Below, piece after piece: positions 25,125-39,488 of a stretch of 64,000 bases of DNA (positions within the stretch are counted from its first letter, which is position 1; every line of letters starts with the position of its first letter). The translations under genes were made by a program, and so were the position numbers. Under the pieces are notes generated by a model. The model was not told where the DNA came from, searched no databases, and saw only the letters and a list, made by a program, of their open reading frames with translations. Origin of the DNA: Camelus dromedarius (Eukaryota); assembly GCF_036321535.1 (NCBI RefSeq), contig NC_087465.1, forward strand, positions 18,724,001-18,788,000, given 5' to 3'.

Positions 25125-25310
25125 TCTACAGTCCAAAGGATTTAGATTTGGGTACCAGCTCTACTACGAAAGTTGTAGACTCAAAGGCTTTCTCAGTTTC
25201 CTCATCCATAAAATGGGGTGATAAAACACTTCTCATAGCATTGTTGTGAAGATCAAGTAAGATCACATACAGTTCTGAACTTAGTGCTGGGCTGATTAGG
25301 TATACCGAAC
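25125..25310 (+). mobile_element. MIR SINE
   Basis: ctcagtttcctcatccataaaatggggtgataa. Confidence 0.85.
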
Positions 25311-26229
25311 TCTCACCCACAGAGAACAGATTTTGATTACTACTGGAACTGCCCCCCCCCCCGCCCCAGGGCCAAGGTCAAATTTCTGATAAGCCCTATC
25401 AGAGAATCACCCGGATGATGGCTTCTTATCTGTGCCTAAAATATCTGTATATACAATTACACGCCCAGTTCTAACACCTATTAAACTAATTAGGCAGATT
25501 GATTTTAACAGCATCAAAATCTACGCTACAGGATACTGGAAACAGAACACTCCTGGGGAGTCGCACTAAGAAAGGGACTTCAAGCTGCAGTCACACGGCA
25601 AAGAAGTAGATTTTTTAAAAAGTAATTCCTATGAAAGGATTTCGTCTCATATTTAAAAGGAGAAGCACATATACTTCCGGAAAATATTCTCTGTACACTT
25701 CATGACTATATCTGAAATCATGCTGCTGGTTTAGCAATCCTTCACAGTAGTTGTGGATTTAGCTAATCATAATCCCAGGTGATAAAGTAAAATAATTATC
25801 AACAGTAAAAAATATTTTTTAATTTCTAATAAAAAAGCTAGATGTATTTTCTCCAACTGTGGGAACATCCGCATCCCCTACTATTTTAAACTGAATGTTT
25901 GCAAACGACATTACTTCTGAACTTTGCCCCAAAACAGTAAAGCTGGCGGTACATACTAGGAGGAAGTTAATCTCTGTAATGAAACAGAAACCCCTCAAAT
26001 AACATGAGGTGAATTTGTTACAAAGTGAGAAATGAAAGGGGTGATATGGATGTTTCATATGCCCACGTTTTCATTAAATTTTGAAGAAAGAAATAGAATC
26101 GTATAATCTGATAACTGAAACTGACTTCTAAGACACTTACTTTAAATGCTCTTCTAACTGGAGCATTCCAGCTTCAACTAGTGATTTGGTGGCTGTCAGA
26201 AGGAAGCAACTACTTTAAAAACAGTTTGG

Positions 26230-26592
26230 GTTTAACCCATTATCTCTTAGACTGGCCTCTCTTTTTGAATAAATACTTGCCATTTGAAAACAAGCTGCCA
26301 TGTCATGAGGACACTCAAGCAGCTCCTTGGAGAAGCCCACACTGAAAGGAACCAATTTCCCATTTATATATAAGTGAACCCTCTTCAAATGGCTCCAGCC
26401 CCAGCCAAGTCTTTTGATGGCTGTCCCCAGCCAATATCTGATGGCAACTTCATGAGAGACTTCGAGGAAGACCCAATTAGCCACTCCTGAATTTCAGACT
26501 CACAGGAACTACGAGAAAGATTAAGTGATTACTGCTGTTTTAAGTTACTCAGTCTTGGGATGATTTGTTATATAGCAATAAATAGCTAATCC
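26230..26592 (+). mobile_element. MLT1 (F/G-type) LTR
   Basis: agctgccatgtcatgaggacactcaagcagc...ctgctgttttaagttactcagtcttgggatgatttgttatatagcaataaatagctaatcca. Confidence 0.85.
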
Positions 26593-27217
26593 ACCCATCA
26601 ATTAAGTTTTAAATTTCAGTTCTTGTTTTTTTCAGTTGGTTCACTTTTATAGTTTCTAGTTCTCTTCTAAAATTTCCAGTCTTTTAAAAAATCTCATGGA
26701 ACATATTAAGAATATACTTTTTAAAAAGTCACCATGTGCTAAATTTTTATGTAGAGACTTGCGTTTCCATTACTTGTTCTTTTTCTTTCTTTTTTTTTTT
26801 TTCATTCATACTGTTTTATCTTCTCAGGGACCTGATTACTATTAATTAAGTAGTAGACATGGTAGGTGAAAATCTGTAGAAATAATCTGAAACTTTGATG
26901 GCATCCTCTTCCTTGAGAGATACTTTGCTGTTGGCAGGTTTAGAGACCAGCAATCTGGGGTCATCTTGATTCAATTTCAAGGATTAAAAATGATTTGAAA
27001 TTGAGCTTCAGGCTTTTAGAGGACAGTCGACTTTCAGTTCATTCTTACTCCTAGTGGGTAGCTATTTAGTGTCTTAGTCCAAAGCCTGGAGTATGTACTA
27101 GCCTCATTCCAGCTTTGGCAGATTCTAGACTCCAGTTCCATTCCTCTATTCTGTAGGGCTGTCAGGAGCCCTGTTCAGCTTCTCAGCCTTTCAGGTATGT
27201 CTTCCAGTGGCCCCTTA

Positions 27218-27615
27218 NNNNNNNNNNNNNNNNNNNNNNNNNNNNNNNNNNNNNNNNNNNNNNNNNNNNNNNNNNNNNNNNNNNNNNNNNNNNNNNNNNN
27301 NNNNNNNNNNNNNNNNNNNNNNNNNNNNNNNNNNNNNNNNNNNNNNNNNNNNNNNNNNNNNNNNNNNNNNNNNNNNNNNNNNNNNNNNNNNNNNNNNNNN
27401 NNNNNNNNNNNNNNNNNNNNNNNNNNNNNNNNNNNNNNNNNNNNNNNNNNNNNNNNNNNNNNNNNNNNNNNNNNNNNNNNNNNNNNNNNNNNNNNNNNNN
27501 NNNNNNNNNNNNNNNNNNNNNNNNNNNNNNNNNNNNNNNNNNNNNNNNNNNNNNNNNNNNNNNNNNNNNNNNNNNNNNNNNNNNNNNNNNNNNNNNNNNN
27601 NNNNNNNNNNNNNNN
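27218..27615. other. Assembly gap (398 N)
   Basis: Run of n. Confidence 1.
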
Positions 27616-29947
27616 ATCACTTCCACAAACCACTCTCATACTGTAAGAATCCGTATTCTTTAAATCAAGTTTTGAACAACTGCCAATCCACTCATTTATG
27701 ACAAGTCAGCTGGTCAGAGCAGAATATGAAAAAAAGAAAACTTCTGATAGAAATAAACAGTTTCGAGAGAACGTCAAGCAAATTCCTCTAAGGCCAAATC
27801 ACTGGACAGGCAGGCCACTGCTCCTCAGAGTCAGCCTCCAGAAAAGGGCCAGGCTGTGGTTCTGTGGAGCACCCCGTAGAATATCCCCTACTGTTTTCGG
27901 GATCATTTGATACTATCACTATGTCGGAAAGCCTACCTAAAAATTAGTTACTGAACAAAAGAAAGAAAGAAATGTTTCAAACACATAAGGAAATCTTATT
28001 TTTATAGTAATAAGACTACTAGTAAATATTCACTTCTCGAAAAGGTCAAAATTTAGACCAACCCTCCTACTTAGAATACTAGCTGTCTAGTATAAGATCG
28101 AACAAGATAAACTAGAACTTAACCTGTCAGGTACCTTTGATTAGGAATGGAGGAAACAAACCTTACGTGTAAAATGTCATTTTAAAAGGAATATGTATTA
28201 AGTATGTATTACAGACAAAACCTCTTTTTCCTGCTGAAATATAATTTATCTAAAATAGAAAGATGAACATTTAATCACAATGCCTTTGCAAGTTTTACCC
28301 TGTATCCCAACTGAGTAACAGGAATTTTAGAAGAATTACAGAATGAGAGAATCACACTCCTGATTTATAGATTTGGGACTCAAATGTTCAGAGTAGGTTA
28401 TTTGTTGATTGTATTTTTGCGTCCATCATTATCTATTGGTGGCTATCGGCCACCTGAAGCTGGTCCTCACACTATGACATAACCACTAAAGGTAGACTGT
28501 ATCTAATTAATCATCAAAATCAAATTTCTCGATTCATCACTACCATGTCTTGGATTTGTTTCTCTCTCTAACTTTTCTACTCTTTCCAAATCATCTTGCA
28601 AATGGTTTATTTCTCTTACCCTCTCCCTCTGGACACATCCTCTCGGTTTCTATCTGCTTAAGGACCTTCAGTGGCTTCTGGGGACTCAGCCTGGTCTTCA
28701 AGACTTCAATGTCATCTGATCTTGGTCTCCGTATTAAAAATCACTTCCCATTACTTTTCAAACAAACCTCTACTTTACATAAGTCAGTCATTTCCGTGTT
28801 CCCCACACGATGCTTACTTTTTGCTTCTGAGATTCTCTTCCAACTTAGATGCTCTCCTTTCTCCTTATTTATGCAAACTGTATCCATGATTTGGTCATCA
28901 AATACCAAGGACCAAGCACTCTTATTTATAAGGACCAATCACTACCTTCTCCTATATATCTTGTCTCTTAAACCTGATTCATGCTTGTAATTCCTTTTCT
29001 TTGAAATTATATTTTATTCATGGTCTAACATGCAAACATTTGAAGTGCATTATATATCAGCTTTCATTTTATCAATGGTGTTGCAAACCTGCTGAGTCAG
29101 GGGATAGAATCTTTATAACCCTCTAAAGTGCCACTCGCAAAATCCATGCTTAACAAATGCCTTTGAAATATATTCAGCCTAGTATCCAAATCTAAGTAAC
29201 AGGCTTTTCATTGGACCATGATCAGCCTGCTCAGCCCAGGAGTTACCATTTGTTCCACTCCTTTTCCAGCTGCCCAGATGACAAAACAGGAAGGTTAGAA
29301 CTCATTTTGGTAGAGACCTGACTCCTGCTGGATTATTTCCTTCCTTGGGTTATGCAAGGGGATGAAATGACAAGCTCTTCTATGTTAATTATAGGTTCTC
29401 TACTTCATGGCTCCATGTTTTCAGTATAAAATATGCAGACCTTTTTTCTTGGCCAAATAAAGGATATTTAAACAAATTGGTAAATATTTCCTAGATGACT
29501 TAAGCAGGTAATTCTTTTAGACTCATATTCAGAAAATGTTGCTTTGGTACTCACATTTGACAGAGAGAAAGAAAATATAAACAGGAAAGAAGGAATTCCA
29601 GTTTAGTACATTAACCAAGGAAAACATTAACTGTCCTTTGGAATACAGTCCACAAATAGTCTGTTTTGCTGCTGCAAGGTCAACAGAATTATCCTGTGGT
29701 TTCTCTGCCTAGTTGATAAACTCCTTTGGTTAAAGATTGCTTCATTCCTTTCAAAGGAGGCTGCCTGTATGATCACATGCTATTTCAGTGGACAGTTTTT
29801 GAATCTTTTTTTTTTTTTTTGCAACACATTTTCCCCAATGCATAAAGCCTATTTTGATGAAATAGCAAGAAATACAACCTTCTGCTCCTAAGTTCAGAAG
29901 TCTTAGAATTTTGGTAGCTCTTATTTAAAACTTACTGATTCTAAACC

Positions 29948-30131
29948 AGTGGTCCTTTACTCTGACTGTCCATGAAAATTACTAAAGAAGGTTTTAAAAC
30001 ATATTGATACTTGCCCATCACAGAACTTTTCATTTAATTAATCTGGACTAAGGCTTTGGACCCTAGGGTTTTGTTTTGTCTTAAAAGTTCACCAGGTGAT
30101 TTTAATGTGCAGTCATGGTTAAGAATCACTG
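29948..30131. mobile_element. MER5A-type MITE
   Basis: Termini cagtggtcctt... and ...caccaggtgattttaatgtgcagtcatggttaagaatcactg. Confidence 0.8.
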
Positions 30132-30269
30132 TTAAAAGTGGAGACAAAATGGGAGGGCCAGAATAACAGGGGAAGAAAAATAAGTTTCTGAACAGTAATA
30201 ATAAAAACTACAATTTACTGAGTGCTTATATATGTCTACCAGGCAGTATGTGAACCATGTATCATACCC

Positions 30270-30730
30270 TGTCAGTTATCTATCGCTGTGTGACAAATTA
30301 CCCTAAAGCTGAGTAGCTTAAAACAACATTAGTGTCTCACAGGTTCAGGAATTTGGGAGTCACTTGGCCTGGTGTTCTGGTTCAAGGTTACTCTTGAAGT
30401 TGTAGGCAAGACAGCCAGGACTTCAGTCATCTGAAGGCTTGACTGGGGCTGGATACCCCTTTTATAAAAAAGCTCAGTGGCAAAGTGGTTGGCAGGAAAA
30501 TAGAGTTCTTCACTGACTGTTGGCAGAAGGGCTCAGTTCCTTACCACGTGGGTCTCCTCCGAGCTGCTTGAGTGACTTCGCAACACGGCAGCTGGCTTCC
30601 CCCTCCCCGAATAAGCGATCCCAGAGAGAGCAAGGAGGAAGTCACTGGCCTTTTATGACCTCATCTTGGAAATTACACATCATCAATTATGCTACATTTT
30701 ACTCACTAGCAGTGAATCACTAAATATAGT
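30270..30730 (-). mobile_element. MLT1 (F/G/H-type) LTR
   Basis: gttatctatcgctgtgtgacaaattaccctaaa...tagcttaaaacaac...gtcatctgaaggcttgactggggctgga. Confidence 0.85.
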
Positions 30731-30734
30731 CTTT

Positions 30735-31295
30735 TTTCATTAATGTCCTTTTTTCTCCTCCAAGATCCATTCAGGATACCACACTGCATTTAGTTGCCAT
30801 GTTTCCTTGATCTGGGAAGATTTCTCAATTTTTATAAGTTTTTCAAGATCTTGATTTTTTTTTAATTATTCAAGTAGAGTCAGTTTACAGTGTTGAGAGA
30901 TCTTGACTGGTTTTAAGGAGTACTGATCACTTATTTTGTATCATGTCCCTCAATTTAGGTTTATCTGATGTACTTGTTCATGACTAGACTGCAGTTACGA
31001 GTTTTTGGAAGGATTAGCACAGGGGTAGAGTGCGTTTCTCATCACACCACCTCAGGAGGAAGATCATATCAACACAATGGCTCTCTCATCAGGTTCACCA
31101 GGACCATTAGATTAAAGGGGTATCTATCAGGTTTCTCCACTACAAATTTAGTATTTTTCCTTTTCCATGCTCCCTTCTTTGGAATTGAATCACTAAGTCT
31201 AGTCCATACTCAGAATGAAGGGAATTAAGGTCTACCTCCTGCAGAAAGGGTTTCTGCCCAAATTATTTGGGATTCTTTTGTCGGGAAGATTTGGG
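30735..31295 (-). mobile_element. L1MC-type 3' end containing a 43-bp young L1-tail insertion
   Basis: ggataccacactgcatttagttgccatg...ttttaaggagtactg...tcaggtttctccact. Confidence 0.8.
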
Positions 31296-33319
31296 TAGAC
31301 GTATTTTAAAGCTGCATACATAAATTCTATCATTTAGTTTTTACAGCAATCCTATAAGGACTACTGTTATTCCTCCTTTATAGATAAGACATCTACAGCT
31401 CCAAAAAGTTGTCATATGCCCGAGGTGACACAGCCAGTAGACTGGACCTGGTATTTAACAGGAAGCAAGTCTGATTCCAGAGTTTATATTCTTTTCACTG
31501 AACCCCTTAACCTTTGCACTAAATAAGAATCTGCTTTTAGCATCATTCAACTGTGGTTTTAATATTCTAGAAAATTCCCAAGAACTCGTTAAAAAGGGCA
31601 ATACAGAGCTTGCTTGATTATACCTTGTGGCATATAGTTTCCCAGATGTATGTCTGATTTTCCCAATCCGACTTAGAAAGCTGTGACAGAGTTTCATATA
31701 TCTTGCTTCCCCTGAACACCTAATACGCAGGCACTCAGGAAATGCTTATTGGCGGGAGAGAAAATGACTCCTCCTCACAGTTTCCCACGCTGTCCTAGAT
31801 GTCTACCAGGGGATGCCAAAACTTAGAATGGTTGATCCCTTGGTACTCAGCCCCAGGGCTAAGAGCTGAGGGCATGACAGGGTTCACATCAGAATGACTG
31901 ACTAGAACCTGGGGAAACTGTAGGCTAGAACTGTAGGAAAAGCAGGAAGTGTTCATTGAATCCCTCTTTCTACTTTAATGAGCAATTGTGACTGGAGAGC
32001 AGACATCAATTTGGGTTATTTAACAAATGCTCAGTCCACTCAGGCAATGGGTAGAATTTTTGGATTTCAAAAATAGTGTGTTATTGTCATCCCACCAAAG
32101 ATTAGGAATCACACTTCTGGGTCATACGTAATAAGTCATTTTCTCCAAATCTTGGGTATTTGGGAATCTAGAATCCAGGAATCCATTAGTCTTTCCATCA
32201 TCCTCTCTTACATGGCAGACAGACATCCAGATGGCCCTGGTGGATGTTTCACACTTTGGTTTCATTGGAACACTGTCTCCCTGGGATACAGAAGCAAACT
32301 TCTCTAATGCAAAGGGAGGCAGCAAACCTCCAGTCTTCTCTCCCCATCCTTCCTGACCCTGTCCTGTTTACTGTGTAGATGGATAAATGGAAGAGTCCAA
32401 AGGAAGGGGCTAGTTCAGGATATGTTAACATGCTAACAAACTTAGGAGGGGCTGAGCAAAGCCCTCCCTAGGAAGAAAATAGTTCATCAGACAATTCACT
32501 GCAAAACATTTTCCTTCCCTTCAGCCTTCTAGCAAGAAAGGATGTTCGGTAGCCACGTCTGGTTTCTCTCTCCTCCATTCAAAGCAGTCTCTTAGAGCAG
32601 CAGAAAAGGAGGGGAAGGTTGCTTCCTTGCCTATGTCAATAGTTAAGAGACTCTCAGGTCTAGATCTTTACTTACAGACTCCAGGGAAAAAGAAAAAGCC
32701 TTCCCACAAAACAATATGACGCGTAAGGACTCAGAATTTATAACTATGCTTAAGGATGCATCTCTGTGATGTTAGTCGGTAAACATTCTTACGTGTCCCA
32801 CTAAATAAACATGAACTAAAATGTGCACTGGAAAGAGAGAAGCACGTGCCTGGGGATGTTCAGAAAAGCAGGCAGGTTTCAGAGCTGCCCAAGCAGCTCT
32901 CCCGGCTGCACGGTACCATCCTGCACACTTCCCATTCTGGCTGATCTGTGAGGGCGACTGGTAGCTCAGGCAGTCCCGAGTCTCTTCTCCAGCCCATCAC
33001 CGTCGGCACAGTGAGCTGGGGAGGGCCCAGCAAACTGGGATTCAAATCCCCACTCTGCCACCTACTACGCACGTGACTTAAGCAGGTGAATCACTCCCTC
33101 TGTAGCTCAGTCTCCTCACATGTGACACAGAGTCATCAATGCCTGACTGCACAATGGATGCTTCAGTACATGATGGCTTTTATAATTGTCAAATGTCCCT
33201 TTCTAGTTAACTTAAGCCTTAAGGATAGTGAAATGTGGCTCTAAATTAAGAAAAAAAGTTAGGAATTTTCATGATAAAACCAAGTGTGTGGCTTCGAGGC
33301 TGCAGAAAAGGAAGACATT

Positions 33320-33585
33320 TCTAGAGTCGAAATGAGGTTAGTGTAAATTGAGGTGTGTTGTAACTGTAAGTTAAGTGCCATATTTTGAAGACTTATTTTG
33401 GAAAAAAATCTAAAATATCTTATTAATAATTTAAAAATGTTGATTACATGTTGAAATAATAATGTTTTGAACATGTTGGGTTAGACAAAATATAATTTAT
33501 TAAAGTTACTTTTCACTTTTTAAAATGTGGCTACTAGAAAACTTAGAATTACACGTGTGTTTCACTATATATTTTTTTGGCCCAT
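33320..33585 (-). mobile_element. MER33-type hAT MITE
   Basis: ttgattacatgttgaaataataat...aaaatgtggctactagaaaacttagaattaca. Confidence 0.85.
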
Positions 33586-36500
33586 GCTATTCTAAGAATG
33601 CTGAAGTAGCAGCAAGAGAAATACTTCATTAAATTACACCCTATGCCATGAAAGAGTTAATGCATCTCCCCAAGACACTGCTTGAAAGTAACTCAATCAC
33701 AAGACAACATGAAGCCAAATATGTCACAAACTGCTAATCACGTCATTAAATATAGTCTCCCCTGTTGCAATGTGTAATCACTTGTGAGAGCAAAGAGCTT
33801 AGGGACTTTCAAATCATGGAAAATTTCAAATATCCATTCGAGAAATCTTCTTGTCATCCCTGCTACATTTGTCTTGATCTAATCTGACTGCAATTTAATA
33901 CAGACATTTTTACCACAATCCGCAAGTGCACTCAACTGGCACAAATATACTTATTTATGTACAGAGCCAGGGAAAGGGTTATCTTTGCTTAAAATAATGT
34001 GCTTAACTAATGGACTGTTGCTTTTACCGTTGGGGAGGCCACAGATAATAGCAAGACACACATAACTAACCAATATTCAACATTCATGTAGCTAATTACA
34101 TGGTTTATTTAAACTAGAGGAAAAACAGATGCATCTCCATTTTTGATTGATCTTCAAAGCTCAGTAGATCATAAACTTTTAACTTATCCCCTTGTGGCAG
34201 TAAATTGCTATAAAAAGCAATCAAAACAATATGAAACAAACAAAAAGAAACAACCCCTGTGTGTACTGATGAACTTTCTTTTAGAGCAATCTCTGTTTAA
34301 TCATTTAAGAAAAACATTTACATTTGGTATGGTCAACTTTTTAAATGTATAAGAATGAAAATTGTGGGTTTTTTTAAAGAAGCAACCCATCTCAAAAAAA
34401 ATTAATTAAAAAAAAAGGGAGACCTATCTTTTGCATTCCTGTTACATCATGTATCATTCTTTTCCTTAATTTTTCTATAATATAACTTAAGTATAGGTAT
34501 TGTCATCTCAACATACTTAATACAAAGAATTTAAAATTCCTAAATTCGTAATTAGGGAACTAAATAATTTTACTTCTTTTTGAGCCCCTCTGGAATTTTA
34601 AAGTCGTGTTACATTATATTTTTGATGGCAGCCCTTCCTTCTTCAGTGTTATTATCTACTGTACTAAACTTTAAAGATAATCAAGATAAAAAGAGAAATT
34701 TCAATTCAAGGAATCCCTTGAGCACAGAGGGAAATTCCTTAGTTACAGCTGCTGGGGCTGTGACAATTATGCAGCTAAGTTCCAGCACCAGAAAAATGTT
34801 CTAAGAGGAAATCTAACTTCCAGAAGAAGTAACACTATGTGTTGATTACGTCTGGTATCTTAATACATCGGCCACTTAACCCAGCCAAAGTTTTAAATCA
34901 GGGAAATACCTTAAACTTATAATAAATAGAATTCTCTAAAAAATTCCCATTTAGTTTTTCTAGAAAACATGTGTATCTCAACAGGAAGGATTCCTACGCA
35001 TAAGTGTATCCATTAAAGAATTACTTTGCAAACTTTGCAATTCCTCTTTCTGAGCACGGTCAAATTCCACAGATCAGATTACAGCTGCAAACACATGCAC
35101 TTCAAGATGAAGTGGAACACGAACTTGGAACCGAGCAGATTCTAAAGACAGACAGAGTGTACGAAACAGGAACAAGCAGGCCCTTTGGAAAGATAAGGAA
35201 AACATCAAAATCGTCTCAAGTGCTCTTAGCTGATTAAACATATTTCTGCCAAGGGAAAGTAGATTTAATTCCCTACCTTGTACCACTCCGACTTTCTCAG
35301 GAGTCCTGTGAGGATTGCAAAATGGTGCAATCATTTTGGAGAACTGTGAGAGTTCCTTATAAACTTAAAGAAATACCTACTCTATACTTTCAGGTATTTA
35401 CCCAAGAGAAATGCAACCTCACAAGGAGAACGTCCTCAGAACTGCCGTGAAGATTAAATGCGATCCCGTAGGTGAAGGTGCTTTGCACAGAATTGTGCGC
35501 ATGGTAGAAGCTTATTAAATATTTTCAATCTCCTTTTGTGTTTTGGGGTGTAATCGAGTATAGGATTTCAATATTGCAGACTTGGGCTTATGTCCTAGCT
35601 CTGCTATTCACCTGTTGTATCTATTCATCCAACCCTTCTGAGCACCTACTCTGGGTCAAGCACTTTTTTAGGTGTCGGGGATATCATATTGAATGTGTTG
35701 GTCCAAGGCTGTACTCTCATGGGGTTTCACTTCTAGTGCCTTGGGTAAGATATTGAAGTTTTCTGAACTTCCATTTCCACTGCCATAATTCAGGTCATTT
35801 CAGCACCTTTGATGGACTGAATTGAAGGGGGGGGCACACGAACCAACCAAATAGAACTTGTACTTTTAAGTGTTTTACAAATCCAGGAGAGGCAGCAGAA
35901 ATGGATACAAATTCAATGGAGAATAGGAGGTGCTGTGAGAGGGATAAGGACTCAATGCTGTGGGGGGCTCTGAACTCTGCTTGGTGGCAAGGAGACTGGT
36001 TGGAGGAGTGAGTCAGGGAAGGATTCCTGGAGGAAGAGCATTTAAATGCAATCTGCAGAGTAAACCAGGCAAAAACATATTCACAAATTCACTGTATTAT
36101 TGGAAGAGAAAATGAGAAGATAGTTGTGAAAGCACTAATCAGTCCATAAAATCTTTTATAATTTAAAACATCTCTATTTCCACTTTAAGGGCAATAGTAT
36201 TAAAATGCAAAATTGGTGTGTAGTTCTGAATCCAGTTTATACCCTCTCTGACAATATGTTGTCTTCCCCAATGCCTGTGCTTAATCTGAGCTTTCCACAT
36301 CTGCTTCCTCGACCCCAGAACTTCGAGCTTTCTGCTTGAAGGAATCAAATAACTGAATACATTGTTTATTATCATACGGGGCCGATTCTGACTTCCAGTC
36401 AAGTTTCAGGGATTGGCTAAATTTACAGTCTGTGGTGTAGCTCTGTGGTCAGCCACACTGGCCTCTAAGCATGAAACAGGCTTTGGAAACAACCAAGATT

Positions 36501-37609
36501 CTTGCTCTCCTGGAATTCATCGAACACTTAATCTTTTTTTTTTTTTTCAATTTAATTAAAAGGCTCTGTTTATGGGACTTCAATATGGTTTATACCATAA
36601 ATACCCAGAACTTTAAAGTGGCACAAAAAACACTAAGGCTGCTGAAATACTTTTGATCTGCATATACTGTTTGTTTTATATGCTCTACATACCTCTAGGG
36701 AAAAAAAAATGGAAGTAGGAAGTGGGACTGGGGACAAAGGTTTAGAAAATTCCTCTTTCCAAATACTGTGGCATTAAAATGAACTTGGATAAAGGATGCC
36801 ATTAGATAAATGCAGACTCTGTTCAGCACATCCTCACCCCATGGCATGCACTGAGGCTGACTGAAAGTTTTCATGATCACGTCAGCAATTAGCATGAAAA
36901 TCACTCCAACCACATGAACCTTGAACTATTTAAGTAGCTTTAAAAAAAAAAAAGTTTAAAGTACTTCATTTTCCTCTTAGGAGGCTGCAACAGTTGTTAA
37001 ATAGAGTAATACTTCTATTAATGGGAAATGTTTATGGAAATGTTATATTCCATCTTCAGAAACAGCTGTATTATGGTCAGATGTTAGAGGTGTTTTCTGG
37101 ATTGCCAGCAAAAAAGGGGGGTGTGATAAAAAGATGCCCCTCCCCCAGATAACGGCAAGTGTACACCCAGAAACCAAATCAGTAGTATACGTAACAAAAG
37201 TGAGCGCCGTGCAAAGTTTAATGGAACGCTTTCCCCAATCTGAGTATACTCAGAGCCCTCTTGTGAACAGGGAAAGTGTTATGATGAAAGAAGAATGAAA
37301 GATTTCCTTATTCCTTGGAAAGGACAAGCTGATCAACAATAAAAGGTGCCCGAGGCATCTGGGTTAAGGCCATCGTTAGTCCTGCCAGCCCTGCCATCAA
37401 TGCCTTCTACTCCCGACCTTGGAGTTCTAACTCTGTCCTGGAAGAGCCTCACAGGCTTCTCTCACAGCGTGGTGACCCAAACCAATGTTTCAGCAATATC
37501 CTGCTCTTTTTTAAACCACTATATAAAATCCACATCTTAGATTAGTGGAAATGGTCAAGGAATGAATGGGTAATGATTGTAGGAAATGGCAGGAGAAAAA
37601 GCAACTTGT

Positions 37610-37990
37610 AATATCACATGATATCACTTATACGTGGCATCGAAAAAAAGGACCCAAATGAACTTATTTACAAAACAGAAACAGATTCACAGATACAGAA
37701 AATAAACTTACGGTTACCAAAGGGGAAAGGAGGGGGGGAGGGATAAATTAAGACTTTGGGATTAGCAGATACAAACTACTAAACATAAAATAGGTAAACA
37801 ACAAGGTCCTGCTGTACAGCACAGGGAACAATTATATTCAATAACTGGTAATAACCTATAATGAAAAAGAATATGAAAAAAAACATATGTGTATAACTGA
37901 ATCACTATGCTGTACACCAGAAACTAACACAACATTGTAAATCAACTATACATCAATTAAAAAAAAAAAGAAAAAGAAGAAGAAAAATGG
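37610..37990 (+). mobile_element. 5'-truncated artiodactyl-type L1 3' end with poly(A)
   Basis: gtataactgaatcactatgctgtacaccagaaactaacacaacattgtaaatcaactata plus poly(A); perfect 13-bp TSD aaaagcaacttgt at 37597-37609 and 37991-38003. Confidence 0.95.
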
Positions 37991-39187
37991 AAAAGCAACT
38001 TGTTTTTGAGTGGGAAGAGGAAAGAGTAGGAGAAAGTTCTGGAAAGAAAAAGACTGACCAGGGCAGGGGAGACTTGGCTTAGAATCAGGAAAGACAGCAA
38101 ATTTTGGAAAGAAAGTAAAGAAGGCAGTTAACTGGTCTGAAGGTGTCTTCTCCAACTTCTAGTCCTCTAGGAGCCACATCGAGCCTGGAGAGGAAGGCGG
38201 GGAGAATTTCACTTCAACCCCTGTTCCTTTAATACGTGTTTATTCAGCATCGAACTGTCTAATCTTTGCTGTGCCTGCTGGGGATCCAGCAGCAAACCAA
38301 GCCCTCGCTCTCGTGGAGCTTAGACTGTGGGAAGGTCTAAAGCAGCTGGAGATGCAGGCTCCTCCCCCAACTAGCGAGGTGTGCTTTCAGCCCCTATGCC
38401 CACAAAAGAATGGTCCCTTCCGCCTCCTAAGGACTAAACAAATTTAAACTATCTTCAAATGACCAACAGGCTTTACCTCCCTAGGAGATTACAATCCATT
38501 GAAGTCAAGGACTGTATCTTATTTTCTTATGTTATCATTTAATGTAGAGCCTGATGCATTTAATTAGCATGTAGTTAGCGTTCGGCAAATAGCTTCTGAG
38601 GAAAACTGTCCCTGTGGGGAGCAGCAAGAAGTGAGCCCTTGTGACGCCGCCCCGGGGGAGTCAGTCACCCATCCAAGGGGGGACCCATCCTCCATCCCTC
38701 TTCCGTTCCTTCTTTCTTTACCCGAGGTGATTTTTCAAGCTGGATTTGGTCCATTTGGATTTTTCCAGGAGTGTAGACCTTCTCTCTCCAGGTCTGTGCT
38801 GACTCCTTTTAGGTGTTTGTTCAAACAGAACTACTTTAACTTTGGCTTGAATTTAGTACCCAGGAAGCTTCTAGTCACCTGTCCTTTAGGTCGATCAGGA
38901 CTCCTCCTGGGTGGGCAAGTGAGTTCAGGCCGGGAGTTCAGAGGACTCTTTCCCACTCAGCAAAGGGATGGTCCCTCATTCCTTCCAGCACACCCCCTCA
39001 GGCAGCTGCGACGCTGATCAGGGCTGGCACAGGGAGTGATCCTGGGGGTTCACTTAGAGCCATCCAGTCTACTCCTAGAAGAGTCAACGAGGGCTGGATG
39101 TGCTAGAACTGGGGGCCAGCTGTTACTCCCCACTCTCGCTCACTCAGAGGGGTGGGGACTCCTCACATCCTCAGGCAGCATTCAGTA

Positions 39188-39488
39188 AGCATTTGTCCAA
39201 TAGAAATACAATACCAGCTCATATGTCATTTTGAATTTTCTAGTCACCACATTTAAAAAAAGGAAAGGAGAAATTAACTTTAATAATGTATTTATTTAGC
39301 ATCACATGTAAAATATTGTCATTTCAGCGTGTCATCAATATAGAAATTATTAGTGAGATCTCTTTTATCCTTTTCCCCAACCCCATACAAAGTCTTCCAA
39401 ACCCACTGTGTATTTTAAACTTAGAGCACATCTCAATTCGGACCAGTTGCATCTCAAAGCTCAACGTGGCGACTGGACCAGATCACTC
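39188..39488 (+). mobile_element. MER33-type hAT MITE
   Basis: tgtccaatagaaatacaat...gaattttctagtcaccacatt...gcacatctcaattcggacc. Confidence 0.85.

Noticed and set aside
27175-27701. Four 147-164 aa ORFs
   Set aside because: Artefacts of translating through the N gap; the same applies to ORFs at 59585-59979.
28550-28990. 146-aa hydrophobic ORF
   Set aside because: Pyrimidine-rich decayed L2-like sequence gives Leu/Phe/Ser bias; no splice or homology support.
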